64,000 bases of DNA from Eledone cirrhosa (GCA_964016885.1 OZ024765.1:18166001-18230000), one strand, 5' to 3'. Shown: positions 39,269 through 53,236, numbered from the stretch's first letter. The notes: a model not told the origin generated them from the letters alone. Program-made: numbers and translations.

Positions 39269-39480
39269 GGGAGTAAGTTGTGTCTCTGTGTAGGGACACA
39301 GAGATAAAGGAAGAGAGAGAGAGAGGAAGGGAGAGGGAGTAAGTTGTATCTCTGTGTTGGGACACAGAGATAAAGGAAGAGAGAGATTGTGTGAGAGAGA
39401 GAGAGAGAGAGGAAGGGAGAGGGAGTAAGTTGTATCTCTGTGTTGGGCAACAGAGATAAAGGGAGAGAGAGAGAGAGATG
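38905..39480. repeat. Minisatellite with a hairpin unit and variable (GA)n spacer
   Basis: GAGTAAGTTGTG-TCTCTGTGT-AGGG-ACACAGAGA-TAAAGGAA-(GA)n, about 9 copies. Confidence 0.9.
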
Positions 39481-39589
39481 GGGGAGAGACAGTGTGTTGG
39501 CTAAATAGTGTGGGTGAGAATAATGCAAAGGTTAATATAGAAAGACAGATAGACAGATGGACAATAGAGAGATAAGAACAGGCAGACAA

Positions 39590-41440
39590 CTGTGTGTGGC
39601 GTGGTGGGCCTTGTGGTGTGGTGTGTTGTGGTTTCTGGTGGTGTATGGCGTCATGTCTTGTATTGTGGTGTGGTGTCTTGTATTGTGGTTTGGTGTGGTG
39701 TCTTGGAGAGGTGTGGTGTGGTGTATTGTGGCTTGGAGTGGTGTCTTGTATTGTGGTTTGGTGTGGTGTCTTGGAGAGGTGTGGTGTGGTGTATTGTGGC
39801 TTGGAGTGGTGTGGTGGGATGTATTGTGACTTGGAGTGGTGTGGTGTGGTGTATTTGGGCTTGGAGTGGTGTGGTGTATTGTAGCTTGGAGTGGTGTGGT
39901 GTGATGCATTGTGGCTTGGAGTGGTGTGGTGTATTGTAGCTTGGAGTGGTGTGGTGTAATGTATTGTAGCTTGGAGTGGTGTGTGTGATGTATTGTGGCT
40001 TGGAGTGGTGTGGTGTATTGTAGCTTGGAGTGGTGTGGTGTGATGTATTGTGGCTTGGAGTGGTGTGGTGTTATGTATTGTGGCTTGGAGTGGTGTGGTG
40101 TATTGTAGCTTGGAGTGGTGTGGTGTGATGTATTGTGGCTTGGAGTGGTGTGGTGTGGTGTATTGTGGCTTGGAGTGGTGTGGTGTATTGTGGCTTGGAG
40201 TGGTGTGGTGTGATGTATTGTGGCTTGGAGTGGTGTGGTGTTATGTATTGTGGCTTGGAGTGGTGTGGTGTATTGTAGCTTGGAGTGGTGTGGTGTGATG
40301 TATTGTGGCTTGGAGTGGTGTGGTGTGGTGTATTGTGGCTTGGAGTGGTGTGGTGTATTGTGGCTTGGAGCGGTGTGGTGGGATGTATTGTGACTTGGAG
40401 TGGTGTGGTGTATTGTAGCTTGGAGTGGTGTGGTGTGATGTATTCTGACTTGGAGCGGTGTGGTGTGGTGTCTTGTGGTATGTACTCTATGGTGTGGTGT
40501 AATATGGTGTTGTGGAGTGTTCTGGCATAGTATGGTGTGGTGTGGTGTAGTGTGGTGTGGTGTGGTGTCTTGTGCTGTAGTATGGTGTAATGTGGTATCT
40601 TGTAGTTTCGTATGGTGTGGTATAGTGCAATGTGGTGTCTTGAGGTATGGTGTGGTGTAGAATGGTGCGGCGTGGTATGGTGTAGTGTAGTGTAGTATGG
40701 TATTGTGTGGCTTGGTATGGTATTGTGTGGTATGGTGTAGTATGGTGTGGCACAGTGTGGTGTTGTGTAGTGCGGTGTCGTGTGGTGTGGTGTGGTTTTG
40801 TGTGGTGTGGTGTGGTGTGGTGTGGTGTAGTGTGGTGTAGTGTAGTGTGGTCTGATGTCTTGTAGTGTAGTGTGGGGTGGTGTAGTGTGATGTCTTGTAG
40901 TGTAGTATGCTTTGGTGTGGTGTGATGTCTTGAAGTGTGGGGTGGTGTAGTGTGGTGTGGTGTGGTTTGGTGTAGTGTGGTGTGATGTGGTGTGGTGTCT
41001 TGTAGCGTAGTGTGGTATGGTATATTTTGGTGTGCTATGGTGTGGTGTGGTATGGTATGATGTGGTGGTATGGTGTATTATGGTGTGGTACGGCATGGTG
41101 TTGTGTGGTGGTATGGTGTGGTGTGGTGGTGTGTTATGGTATAGTATGGCATGATGTGGTGGTGTGGTGTAGTACGGTGTCTTGTGGCGTAGTGTGGTAT
41201 GGTATGGTGTGGTGTGGTACGATGTAGTGTGGTGTCGTGTGCTGGTATGGTGTGGTATGATGTGGTGTGGTGGTGTGGTGTGGTTTAGCATGGCGTCTTG
41301 TGGAGTAGTGTGCTATGGTATAGTGTGGTATGGTATAGTAGTGTGTCTTGTTGAGTAGTGTGGTATGGTATGTTTTGGTGTGGTATGATGTGGTGTGGTG
41401 TGGTGTGGTGTAGTTTGGTGTGGTGTAGTGTTGTAAGGTG
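39590..41440. repeat. Degenerate (GTGTG)n pentamer array with a TATTGTGGCTTGGAGTG higher-order unit
   Basis: Direct reading. Confidence 0.9.
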
Positions 41441-41859
41441 TGCTGTAGACAATATGACGTAAGATGTTATGGCGTTGTAGACGTGATATGAAGGTGAGAG
41501 ATTTTTTCAATTGATATATCGTTCCAAGATAAATATTTTATTTTCCGAACCAAAGTTGGATTGGAATGTAACTGTAGTTGTTTCACTTAACGATCACCAT
41601 CACCATAACCATCACCATAACCATCACCATCATAACCACAATCACAAACAATCATAACGACAAGCAACCATCATCATAAATGTTATGATGGTCGTAACTT
41701 TGTTTCTAGATGTGTCTTAGTGACAATTACTATCTTGTCCTTATGAGCAAAATGGCGACATCATCCTTGTTGGCAGACGATAATTGATGAAATATTTACA
41801 TTGAAATCTCGCAATACGAGAAACGGATTTCCGTTCTCTGTTGTTGTTGTTGTTGTTAT

Positions 41860-44800
41860 TGATAGTGGTGGTGGAGGCAGTGGTGGTGGTATGGTGGTGG
41901 AGTTGTGGCTGTGGTGGTGGTGGTGTTGGTGGTATTGATGGAAGTTGTCGTTGGGGCGATGGTGGTGGCTGAGGCAGTGGTGGTGGTATAGGTGTTGTTG
42001 CTGTAGTGATGTTGGTGGTGGTGGTGGTGTTGATAGTGCTGGTGGAGGCAGTGGTGGTGGTGGTGATGCTGGTGGTAGTTGAGATGTTGGTGGTGTTGGC
42101 TGTAGTGATGTTGGTGGTGGTGGTGTTGTGGTGGTAGTGTTGGCTGTGGTGATGTTGGTGGTGGTGATGTTGGTGGTGGTGGTGTTGGTTGTAGTGATGT
42201 TGGTGGTGGTGGTGTTGGTTGTGGTGATGTTGGTGGTGGTGGTGTTGGCTGTGGTGATGTTGGTGGTGGTGGTGTTGGTTGTGGTGATGTTGGTGGTGGT
42301 GGTGTTGGCTGTGGTGATGTTGGTGGTGGTGGTGTTGGTTGTGGTGATGTTGGTGGTGGTGGTGTTGGTTGTGGTGATGTTGGTGGTGGTGGTGTTGGTG
42401 GTGGTGGTGTTGGTTGTGGTGATGTTGGTGGTTGTGGTGTTGGCTGTGGTGGTGTTGGTGGTGGTGGTGTTGGCTGTGGTGATGTTGGTGGTGGTGGTGT
42501 TGGTTGTGGTGGTGTTGGTTGACGGTGATGTTAGTGGTGGTGGTGTTGGTTGTGGTGATGTTGGTGGTGGTGGTGTTGGTTGTGGTGATGTTGGTGGTGG
42601 TGGTGTTGGTTGTGGTGATGTTGGTGGTGGTGGTGTTGGTTGTGGTGATGTTGGTGGTGGTGGTGTTGGTTGTGGTGACGTTGGTGGTGGTGGTGTTGGC
42701 TGTGGTGATGTTGCTGGTGGTGGTGTTGGTTGTGGTGGTGTTGGTTGTGGTGATGTTAGTGGTGGTGGTGTTGGTTGTGGTGATGTTGGTGGTTGTGGTG
42801 TTGGCTGTGGTGGTGTTGGCTGTGGTGGTGTTGGTGGTGGTGGTGTTGGTGGTGTTGGTGGTGGTGGTGTTGGTGGTGGTGGTGTTGGTTGTGGTGGTGG
42901 TGTTGGTGGTGGTGGTGTTGGTTGTGGTGGTGTTGGCTGTGGTGGTGTTGGTGGTGGTGGTGTTGGCTGTGGTGGTGTTGGTGGTGGTGGTGTTGGTTGT
43001 GGTGGTGTTGGTGGTGGTGGTGTTGGTTGTGGTGGTGTTGGCTGTGGTGGTGTTGGTGGTGGTGGTGTTGGCTGTGGTGGTGGTGGTGTTGGTGGTGTTG
43101 GCTGTGGTGGTGTTGGTGGTGGTGATGTTGGCTGTGGTGGTGTTGGTGGTGGTGATGTTGTTGTTGGTGGTGGTGTTGGTGGTGATGTTGGCTGTGGTGG
43201 TGTTGGTGGTGGTGGTGTTGGCTGTGGTGATGTTGGTGGTGGTGGTGTTGGTGGTGGTGGTGTTGTTGGTGGTGATGTTGGTGGTGGTGGTGGTGGTGTT
43301 GGTGGTGGTGGAGGTGGTGGTGTTGGTGGTGGTGATGTTGGTGGTGGTGGTGTTGGATGTGGTGATGTTGGTGGTGGTGGTGTTGGTGGTGGTGATGTTG
43401 GTGGTGGTGGTGTTGGCTGTGGTGGTGGTGGTGGTGGTGGTGGTGGTGGTGTTGGCTGTGGTGATGTTGGCTGTGGTGGTGTTGGTGGTGGTGATGTTGG
43501 TGGTGGTGGTGTTGGCTGTGGTGGTGTTGGTGGTGGTGGTGTTGGTGGTGGTGATGTTGGTGGTGGTGTTGGTGGTGGTGATGTTGGCTGTGGTGGTGTT
43601 GGTGGTGGTGGTGTTGGTGGTGGTGTTGGTGGTGGTGATGTTGGCTGTGGTGGTGTTGGTGGTGGTGGTGTTGGCTGTGGTGGTGTTGGTGGTGGTGATG
43701 TTGGTGGTGGTGATGTTGGCTGTGGTGGTGTTGGTGGTGGTGATGTTGGTGGTGGTGGTGTTGGTGGTGGTGGTGTTGGCTGTGGTGATGTTGGTGGTGG
43801 TGGTGTTGGATGTGGTGATGTTGGTGGTGGTGGTGTTGGCTGTGGTGGTGTTGGTGGTGGTGGTGTTGGCTGTGGTGGTGTTGGTGGTGGTGGTGTTGGT
43901 GGTGGTGATGTTGGTGGTGGTGGTGTTGGTGGTGGTGATGTTTGTGGTGGTGGTGTTGGTGGTGGTGATGTTGGTGGTGGTGTTGGTGGTGGTGATGTTG
44001 GCTGTGGTGGTGTTGGTGGTGGTGGTGTTGGTGGTGGTGGTGATGTTGGTGGTGGTGTTGGTGATGTTGGTGGTGGTGGTGTTGGTGGTGGTGATGTTGG
44101 TGGTGGTGGTGTTGGCTGTGGTGATGTTGGTGGTGGTGATGTTGGTGGTGGTGGTGTTGGTGGTGGTGATGTTGGTGGTGGTGATGTTGGCTGTGGTGGT
44201 GTTGGTGGTGGTGATGTTGGTGGTGGTGATGTTGGCTGTGGTGGTGTTGGTGGTGGTGATGTTGGCTGTGGTGGTGTTGGTGGTGGTGATGTTGGTGGTG
44301 GTGGTGTTGGCTGTGGTGATGTTGGCTGTGGTGGTGTTGGCTGTGGTGATGTTGGCTGTGGTGGTGTTGGCGGTGGTGATGTTGGTGGTGGTGATGTTGG
44401 TGGTGGTGGTGTTGGCTGTGGTGATGTTGGCTGTGGTGGTGTTGGTGGTGGTGGTGTTGGCTGTGGTGGTGTTGGTGGTGGTGGTGTTGGTGGTGGTGAT
44501 GTTGGTGGTGGTGTTGGTGGTGGTGATGTTGGCTGTGGTGGTGTTGGTGGTGGTGGTGTTGGTGGTGGTGGTGTTGGTGGTGGTGTTGGTGGTGGTGGTG
44601 TTGGCTGTGGTGGTGTTGGTAGTGGTGGTGTTGGCTGTGGTGGTGTTGGTGGTGGTGATGTTGGTGGTGGTGGTGTTGGCTGTGGTGGTGTTGGTGGTGG
44701 TGGTGTTGGTGGTGGTGTTGGTGGTGGTGATGTTGGCTGTGGTGGTGTTGGTGGTGGTGATGTTGGTGGTGGTGGTGTTGGCTGTGGTGATGTTGGCTGT

Positions 44801-47800
44801 GGTGGTGTTGGTGGTGGTGGTGTTGGTGGTGGTGGTGTTGTTGGTGGTGGTGTTGGTGGTGGTGATGTTGGTGGTGTTGGTGGTGGTGGTGTTGGTGGTG
44901 GTGTTGGTGGTGGTGGTGTTGGTGGTGGTGATGTTGGTGGTGGTGGTGTTGGCTGTGGTGGTGTTAGTGGTGGTGATGTTGGCTGTGGTGGTGTTGGTGG
45001 TGGTGGTGTTGGCTGTGGTGGTGTTGGTGGTGGTGGTGTTGGCTGTGGTGGTGTTGGTGGTGGTGGTGTTGGTGGTGGTGGTGTTGGTGGTGGTGATGTT
45101 GGTGGTGGTGGTGTTGGCTGTGGTGGTGTTGGTGGTGGTGGTGTTGGTGGTGGTGATGTTGGTGGTGGTGTTGGTGGTGGTGATGTTGGCTGTGGTGGTG
45201 TTGGTGGTGGTGATGTTGGTGGTGGTGGTGTTGGCTGTGGTGATGTTGGCTGTGGTGGTGTTGGTGGTGGTGATGTTGGTGGTGGTGGTGTTGGCTGTGG
45301 TGGTGTTGGTGGTGGTGGTGTTGGTGGTGGTGGTGTTGGCTGTGGTGGTGTTGGTGGTGGTGATGTTGGTGGTGGTGTTGGTGGTGGTGATGTTGGCTGT
45401 GGTGGTGTTGGTGGTGGTGATGTTGGCTGTGGTGGTGTTGGAGGTGGTGGTGTTGGCTGTGGTGATGTTGGTGGTGGTGGTGTTGGATGTGGTGATGTTG
45501 GTGGTGGTGGTGTTGGCTGTGGTGGTGGTGGTGTTGGTGGTGTTGGTGGTGGTGATGTTGGCTGTGGTGGTGTTGGTGTTGGTGGTGGTGGTGTTGGCTG
45601 TGGTGGTGGTGGTGTTGGTGGTGTTGGTGTTGGTGGTGTTGGCTGTGGTGGTGTTGGTGGTGGTGGTGTTGGTGGTGGTGGTGTTGGCTGTGGTGATGTT
45701 GGCTGTGGTGGTGCTGTTTGTGGTGTTGGATGTGGTGATGTTGGTGGTGGTGGTGTTGGCTGTGGTGGTGTTGGTGGTGGTGATGTTGGCTGTGGTGATG
45801 TTGGTGGTGGTGGTGTTGGATGTGGTGATGTTGGTGGTGGTGGTGTTGGCTGTGGTGGTGGTGGTGTTGGTGGTGGTGATGTTGGTGGTGGTGGTGTTGG
45901 CTGTGGTGGTGTTGGTGGTGGTGATGTTGGTGTTGGTGGTGTTGGTGGTGGTGGTGTTGGTGGTGGTGGTGTTGGTGGTGGTGGTGTTGGTGGTGGTGAT
46001 GTTGGCTGTGGTGATGTTGGTGGTGGTGGTGTTGGCTGTGGTGGTGTTGGTGGTGGTGGTGTTGGTGGTGGTGATGTTGGTGGTGGTGGTGTTGGCTGTG
46101 GTGGTGTTGGTGGTGGTGGTGTTGGTGGTGGTGATGTGGTGGTGGTGGTGTTGGCTGTGGTGATGTTGGTGGTGGTGGTGTTGGTTGTGGTGATGTTGGT
46201 GGTGGTGGTGTTGGTGGTGGTGGTGTTGGTTGTGGTGATGTTGGTGGTTGTGGTGTTGGCTGTGGTGATGTTGGCTGTGGTGGTGTTGGTGGTGGTGGTG
46301 TTGGTGGTGGTGATGTTGGTGGTGGTGGTGTTGGTTGTGGTGATGTTGGTGGTGGTGGTGTTGGTGGTGGTGGTGTTGGCTGTGGTGATGTTGGTGGTGC
46401 TGGTGTTGGTTGTGGTGGTGTTGGTTGACGGTGATGTTAGTGGTGGTGGTGTTGGTTGTGGTGATGTTGGTGGTGGTGGTGTTGGTTGTGGTGATGTTGG
46501 TGGTGGTGGTGTTGGTTGTGGTGATGTTGGTGGTGGTGGTGTTGGTTGTGGTGGTGTTGGTTGTGGTGTTGGTGGTGGTGGTGTTGGTTGTGGTGATGTG
46601 GTGGTGGTGGTGTTGGTTGTGGTGATGTTAGTGGTCGTGGTGTTGGTTGTGGTGATGTTGGTGGTGGTCGTGTTGGTTGTGGTGATGTTGGTGGTGGTGA
46701 TGTTGGCTGTGGTGATGTTGGTGGTGGTGATGTTGGTGGTGGTGATGTTGGTGGTGGTGGTGTTGGTGGTGGTGGTGGTGGGTGGTGTTGGCTGTGGTGG
46801 TGTTGGTTGTGGTGGTGTTGGTTGTGGTGGTGTTGGTGGTGGTGGTGTTGGTGGTGGTGGTGTTGGCTGTGGTGGTGTTGGTTGTGGTGGTGTTGGTGGT
46901 GGTGGTGTTGGTGGTGGTGGTGTTGGCTGTGGTGGTGTTGGTTGTGGTGGTGTTGGTGGTGGTGATGTTGGTGGTGGTGATGTTGGCTGTGGTGATGTTG
47001 GTGGTGGTGATGTTGGTGGTGGTGATGTTGGTGGTGGTGGTGTTGGTGGTGTGGTGTTGGTGGTGGTGATGTTGGCTGTGGTGGTGGTGTGGTGGTGGTG
47101 GTGTTGGTGGTGGTGATGTTGGCTGTGGTGATGTTGGTGGTGGTGTTGGCTGTGGTGATGTTGGTGGTGGTGATGTTGTGTTGATGGTGTTGGTGGTGGT
47201 GGTGTTGGTGGTGCTGGTGTTGGTGGTAGTGGTGTTGGTGGTGTTGGTGTTGGTGGTGGTGATGTTGGCTGTGGTGATGTTGGTGGTGGTGGTGTTGGTT
47301 GTGGTGATGTTGGCTGTTTGTGGTGTTGGTGGTGGTGGTGTTGGTGGTGGTGGTGTTGGTGGTGGTGTGTTGGTTGTGGTGTTGTTGGCTGTGGTGGTGT
47401 TGGTGGTGGTGGTGTTGGTGGTGGTGGTGTTGGTGGTGGTGGTGTTGGTGGTGGTGATGTTGGCTGTGGTGATGTTGGTGGTGGTGATGTTGGTGGTGGT
47501 GATGTTGGTGGTGGTGGTGTTGGTGGTGGTGGTGTTGGTGGTGGTGGTGTTGGCTGTGGTGGTGTTGGTTGTGGTGATGTTGGCTGTTTGTGGTGTTGGT
47601 GGTGGTGGTGTTGGTTGTGGTGCTGTTGGCTGTGGTGGTGTTGGTGGTGGTGGTGTTGGTGGTGGTGGTGTTGGTGGTGGTGATGTTGGCTGTGGTGGTG
47701 TTGGTGGTGGTGGTGTTGGTGGTGGTGGTGTTGGCTGTGGTGGTGTGGTGGTGGTGGTGTTGGCTGTGGTGGTGTTGGTGGTGGTGGTGTTGGTGGTGGT

Positions 47801-50800
47801 GGTGTTGGTGGTGGTGATGTTGGTGGTGGTGGTGTTGGCTGTGGTGGTGTTGTGGTGGTGGTGTTGGTGGTGGTGATGTTGGTGGTGGTGTTGGTGGTGG
47901 TGATGTTGGCTGTGGTGGTGTTGGTGGTGGTGATGTTGGTGGTGGTGTGTTGGCTGTGGTGGTGTTGGTGGTGGTGATGTTGGTGGTGGGGTGTGGCTGT
48001 GGTGGTGTTGGTGGTGGTGGTGGTGGTGTTGGCTGTGGTGGTGTGGTGGTGGTGATGTTGGTGGTGGTGTTGGTGGTGGTGATGTTGGCTGTGGTGGTGT
48101 TGGTGGTGGTGATGTTGGCTGTGGTGGTGTTGGAGGTGGTGGTGTTGGCTGTGGTGATGTTGGTGGTGGTGGTGTTGGATGTGGTGATGTTGGTGGTGGT
48201 GGTGTTGGCTGTGGTGGTGGTGGTGTTGGTGGTGTTGGTGGTGGTGATGTTGGCTGTGGTGGTGTTGGTGTTGGTGGTGGTTGTGTTGGCTGTGGTGGTG
48301 GTGGTGTTGGTGGTGTTGGTGGTGGTGGTGTTGGTGGTGGTGGTGTTGGTGGTGGTGGTGTTGGCTGTGGTGATGTTGGCTGTGGTGGTGCTGTTTGTGG
48401 TGTTGGATGTGGTGATGTTGGTGGTGGTGATGTTGGTGGTGGTGGTGTTGGCTGTGGTGGTGGTGGTGTTGGCTGTGGTGGTGTTGGTGGTGGTGGTGTT
48501 GGATGTGGTGATGTTGGTGGTGGTGGTGTTGGCTGTGGTGGTGGTGGTGTTGGCTGTGGTGGTGTTGGTGGTGGTGGTGTTGGCTGTGGTGGTGTTGGTG
48601 GTGGTGATGTTGGTGTTGGTGGTGTGGTGGTGGTGGTGTTGGTGGTGGTGGTGTTGGTGGTGGTGGTGTTGGTGGTGGTGATGTTGGCTGTGGTGATGTT
48701 GGTGGTGGTGGTGTTGGCTGTGGTGGTGTGGTGGTGGTGGTGTTGGTGGTGGTGATGTTGGTGGTGGTGGTGTTGGCTGTGGTGGTGTTGGTGGTGGTGG
48801 TGTTGGTGGTGGTGATGTTGGTGGTGGTGGTGTTGGCTGTGGTGATGTTGGTGGTGGTGGTGTTGGTTGTGGTGATGTTGGTGGTGGTGGTGTTGGTGGT
48901 GGTGGTGTTGGTTGTGGTGATGTTGGTGGTTGTGGTGTTGGCTGTGGTGATGTTGGCTGTGGTGGTGTTGGTGGTGGTGGTGTTGGTGGTGGTGATGTTG
49001 GTGGTGGTGGTGTTGGTTGTGGTGATGTTGGTGGTGGTGGTGTTGGTGGTGGTGGTGTTGGCTGTGGTGATGTTGGTGGTGCTGGTGTTGGTTGTGGTGA
49101 TGTTAGTGGTGGTGGTGTTGGTTGTGGTGATGTTGGTGGTGGTGGTGTTGGTTGTGGTGATGTTGGTGGTGGTGGTGTTGGTTGTGGTGATGTTGGTGGT
49201 GGTGGTGTTGGTTGTGGTGATGTTGGTGGTGGTGGTGTTGGTTGTGGTGATGTTGGTGGTGGTAGTGTTGGTTGTGGTGATGTTAGTGGTCGTGGTGTTG
49301 GTTGTGGTGATGTTGGTGGTGGTCGTGTTGGTTGTGGTGATGTTGGTGGTGGTGATGTTGGCTGTGGTGATGTTGGTGGTGGTGATGTTGGTGGTGGTGA
49401 TGTTGGTGGTGGTGGTGTTGGTGGTGGTGGTGTTGGTGGTGGTGGTGTTGGCTGTGGTGGTGTTGGTTGTGGTGGTGTTGGTTGTGGTGGTGTTGGTGGT
49501 GGTGGTGTTGGTGGTGGTGGTGTTGGCTGTGGTGGTGTTGGTTGTGGTGGTGTTGGTGGTGGTGGTGTTGGTGGTGGTGGTGTTGGCTGTGGTGGTGTTG
49601 GTTGTGGTGGTGTTGGTGGTGGTGATGTTGGTGGTGGTGATGTTGGCTGTGGTGATGTTGGTGGTGGTGATGTTGGTGGTGGTGATGTTGGTGGTGGTGG
49701 TGTTGGTGGTGGTGGTGTTGGTGGTGGTGATGTTGGCTGTGGTGGTGGTGTTGGTGGTGGTGGTGTTGGTGGTGGTGATGTTGGCTGTGGTGATGTTGGT
49801 GGTGGTGTTGGCTGTGGTGATGTTGGTGGTGGTGATGTTGGTGTTGATGGTGTTGGTGGTGGTGTTGTTGGTGGTGCTGGTGTTGGTGGTGGTGGTGTTG
49901 GTGGTGTTGGTGTTGGTGGTGGTGATGTTGGCTGTGGTGATGTTGGTGGTGGTGGTGTTGGTTGTGGTGATGTTGGCTGTTTGTGGTGTTGGTGGTGGTG
50001 GTGTTGGTGGTGGTGGTGTTGGTGGTGGTGGTGTTGGTTGTGGTGCTGTTGGCTGTGGTGGTGTTGGTGGTGGTGGTGTTGGTGGTGGTGGTGTTGGTGG
50101 TGGTGGTGTTGGTGGTGGTGATGTTGGCTGTGGTGATGTTGGTGGTGGTGATGTTGGTGGTGGTGATGTTGGTGGTGGTGGTGTTGGTGGTGGTGGTGTT
50201 GGTGGTGGTGGTGTTGGCTGTGGTGGTGTTGGTTGTGGTGATGTTGGCTGTTTGTGGTGTTGGTGGTGGTGGTGTTGGTTGTGGTGCTGTTGGCTGTGGT
50301 GGTGTTGGTGGTGGTGGTGTTGGTGGTGGTGGTGTTGGTGGTGGTGATGTTGGCTGTGGTGGTGTTGGTGGTGGTGGTGTTGGTGGTGGTGGTGTTGGTG
50401 GTGGTGGTGATGTTGGCTGTGGTGATGTTGGTGGTAGTGGTGTTGGTGGTGGTGATGTTGGCTGTGGTGATGTTGGTGGTGGTGATGTTGGTTGTGGTGA
50501 TGTTGGCTGTGGTGGTGTTGGTGGTGGTGGTGTTGGTGGTGGTGATGTTGGTGGTGGTGATGTTGGCTGTGGTGGTGTTGGTGGTGGTGGTGTTGGTGGT
50601 GGTGGTGTTGGTGGTGGTGGTGTTGGTGGTGGTGGTGTTGGCTGTGGTGATGTTGGTGGTGGTGGTGTTGGTGGTGGTGGTGTTGGTGGTGTTGGTTGTG
50701 GTGATGTTGGCTGTTGTGGTGTTGGTGGTGGTGGTGTTGGTGGTGGTGGTGTTGGTGGTGGTGGTGTTGGTGGTGTTGGTTGTGGTGATGTTGGCTGTTG

Positions 50801-50972
50801 TGGTGTTGGTGGTGGTGGTGTTGGTGGTGGTGGTGTTGGTGGTGGTGGTGTTGGTTGTGGTGATGTTGGCTGTGGTGGTGTTGGTGGTGGTGGTGTTGGT
50901 GGTGGTGGTGTTGGTGGTGGTGGTGGTGTTGGCTGTGGTGATGTTGGTGGTGGTGGTGTTGGTTGTGGTGGT
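41860..50972. repeat. ~9-kb (GGT)n-derived array with a 12-bp unit GTTGGTGGTGGT and variants
   Basis: Direct reading. The poly-V/G/W/T/P/H ORFs are by-products. Confidence 0.95.
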
Positions 50973-51023
50973 GCCTTTAACTAATGAACTCTGGACAGCA
51001 CTAAACATAGATTGCTCTACTAT

Positions 51024-51063
<40 letters not shown>

Positions 51064-51181
51064 GAAATGTACAAAAATGTGTACATGTGTGTAAGCATTT
51101 ATATATATATATATTCATATATATATATATATATATAAGTATGTATAAGTACATACATATATGTATACAAACGTACAGTAT

Positions 51182-51235
<54 letters not shown>

Positions 51236-51299
51236 TACATATATATATATATATAAGTATGTATAAGTACATTCATATATGTATACAAACGTACAGTAT

Positions 51300-51369
<70 letters not shown>

Positions 51370-51371
<2 letters not shown>

Positions 51372-52110
51372 TACATACATGCACACATATATATATGTAC
51401 GTATGGATTTACCGAACATTTATTATAATGCTCGGTGTGTTTGTAAACAAACATCCCGAATTAAGCCGTAGTGTTTAGCAACCATCGTTGCCCTTTTGTT
51501 CAACACTGACAAAGGAACGCCTGTACTAGTTTCAAGCTTATTAGCTATAGTCAGCACCGTATACTTTCCTGCCAGATTATTGAACGTATAAAAGTATATA
51601 CTTTCCTCATGCATATTAACGGCTGAGCAGCCTAATGTGCATATCGAGTGAGTTAATCGGCCGGGCGCACCGAAAACGATAAACGGAAAAAATTAAACGA
51701 ATTTCATTTCTCACTCGATATGCAAATTAGGCTGCTCAGCCGTTAATATGCATAAGGAAAGTATATACTTTAAGACGTTCAATAATCTGGCAGGAAGGTA
51801 TACGTTGCTGACGATAGCTAATGAGCTTGAAACTAGTACAGCGTTCCTTTGTCAGTGTTGAACAAACGAGCAACGTTGGTTGCTAGACACTACGGCTTAA
51901 TACGGGATGTTTGTTTACAAACACACCGAGCATTATAATAAATGTTCGGTAAATCCATACGTACATATTTATATGTGTGCATGTATGTATATATATATAT
52001 ATATATATACATACTACTGTACGTCTGTATACATATATGTATCTACGTATACATACTTATATTTAAGTAACTGCCGTACTAAGAGTGAGAAATGAAATTC
52101 GTTTCATTTG
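51370..52110. mobile_element. Diverged fold-back (arms ~51375-51655 / 51710-51990) with two hammerheads
   Basis: Plus strand intact: ACGTTG-CTGACGA(51808)-TAGCTAATGAGCTT-GAAA(51829)-CTAG-TA-CAGCGT. The minus copy at ~51517-51560 has core CTGACTA. Confidence 0.85.
51802..51844 (+). ncRNA. Intact minimal hammerhead ribozyme
   Basis: 6-bp stem I, AGCT/AGCT stem II, palindromic CTAG stem III and GUA site. Confidence 0.88.
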
Positions 52111-52115
52111 TTTAC

Positions 52116-52208
<93 letters not shown>

Positions 52209-52944
52209 TTCATATATATTCATATATATATATATATTCATATATATGTATATATATTCATATATATGTATATATATTCATATATGTATATATATATATA
52301 TGTTTGTATATATATATATATATATACATATATAATATACGTCTATATACATTACATTTACTAGCAGAAAAACCACCCTTCGGGTGGTTTTTACTAGCAT
52401 GTGTAGTGTGTATATTGATATTATACACATGTATATATACATGTAGATATGATACATCAAATAAAATCGTAATTGACAATATACACAGAAATTGAACGAA
52501 GACTGTGTTACACTGTCTTATGTAATCAGTAACGTAATCCATGATACATTAAAAAAAGACGATATTATATATAAACTACATTAAGAGAAAATTAGTGACA
52601 GAATATTAGTATGTTTATTTAAGTGATCGCCACTCTCTCTTTCTTAATATATGGTAGTTGAAGTGGTCATGGTGGCAATGATATAACAGAAGTGCAACTT
52701 TGAAAAGAAGTCAATTTTAAATTAATTATCTTTACGAAATTATTTTTGCTTACGAAATTTAGTAGATAAATTATGTAATAGTCATTCATTATTTATTCAA
52801 AGTAATCCAACTTATTTTACTAAGGGGATAACAAATTATAAACCGTACGCAGTCCCGCACTTCTCCCTTTATTATAGTTTAGATATACGTATGTACATAT
52901 CTATATATTTTACTACATATATATATGTATGTACGCACACACAA

Positions 52945-53021
<77 letters not shown>

Positions 53022-53024
<3 letters not shown>

Positions 53025-53236
53025 GTTATTCCGGGTTGAATCGGAGGTAACCACAGTAAGTAAGGTACTCAATACATTGCAGAGTATAAAAGTTTTAATA
53101 TAGATGAGATTCTACAGGACTAGAACTGTTTCATTCTTTAGAAATCATCTGGAATCTGGAATCTGGCCCCAGATTCCTGATGATTTCTAAAGAATGAAAC
53201 AGTTCTATTCCTGTAGAATCTCATCTATATTAAAAC

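Noticed and set aside
42128-51138. Very long Gly/Val/Cys- or Pro/Thr/His-rich ORFs resembling structural proteins
   Set aside because: Translations of a (GGT)n-derived array. The register shifts repeatedly and there is no unique coding sequence or splice evidence.
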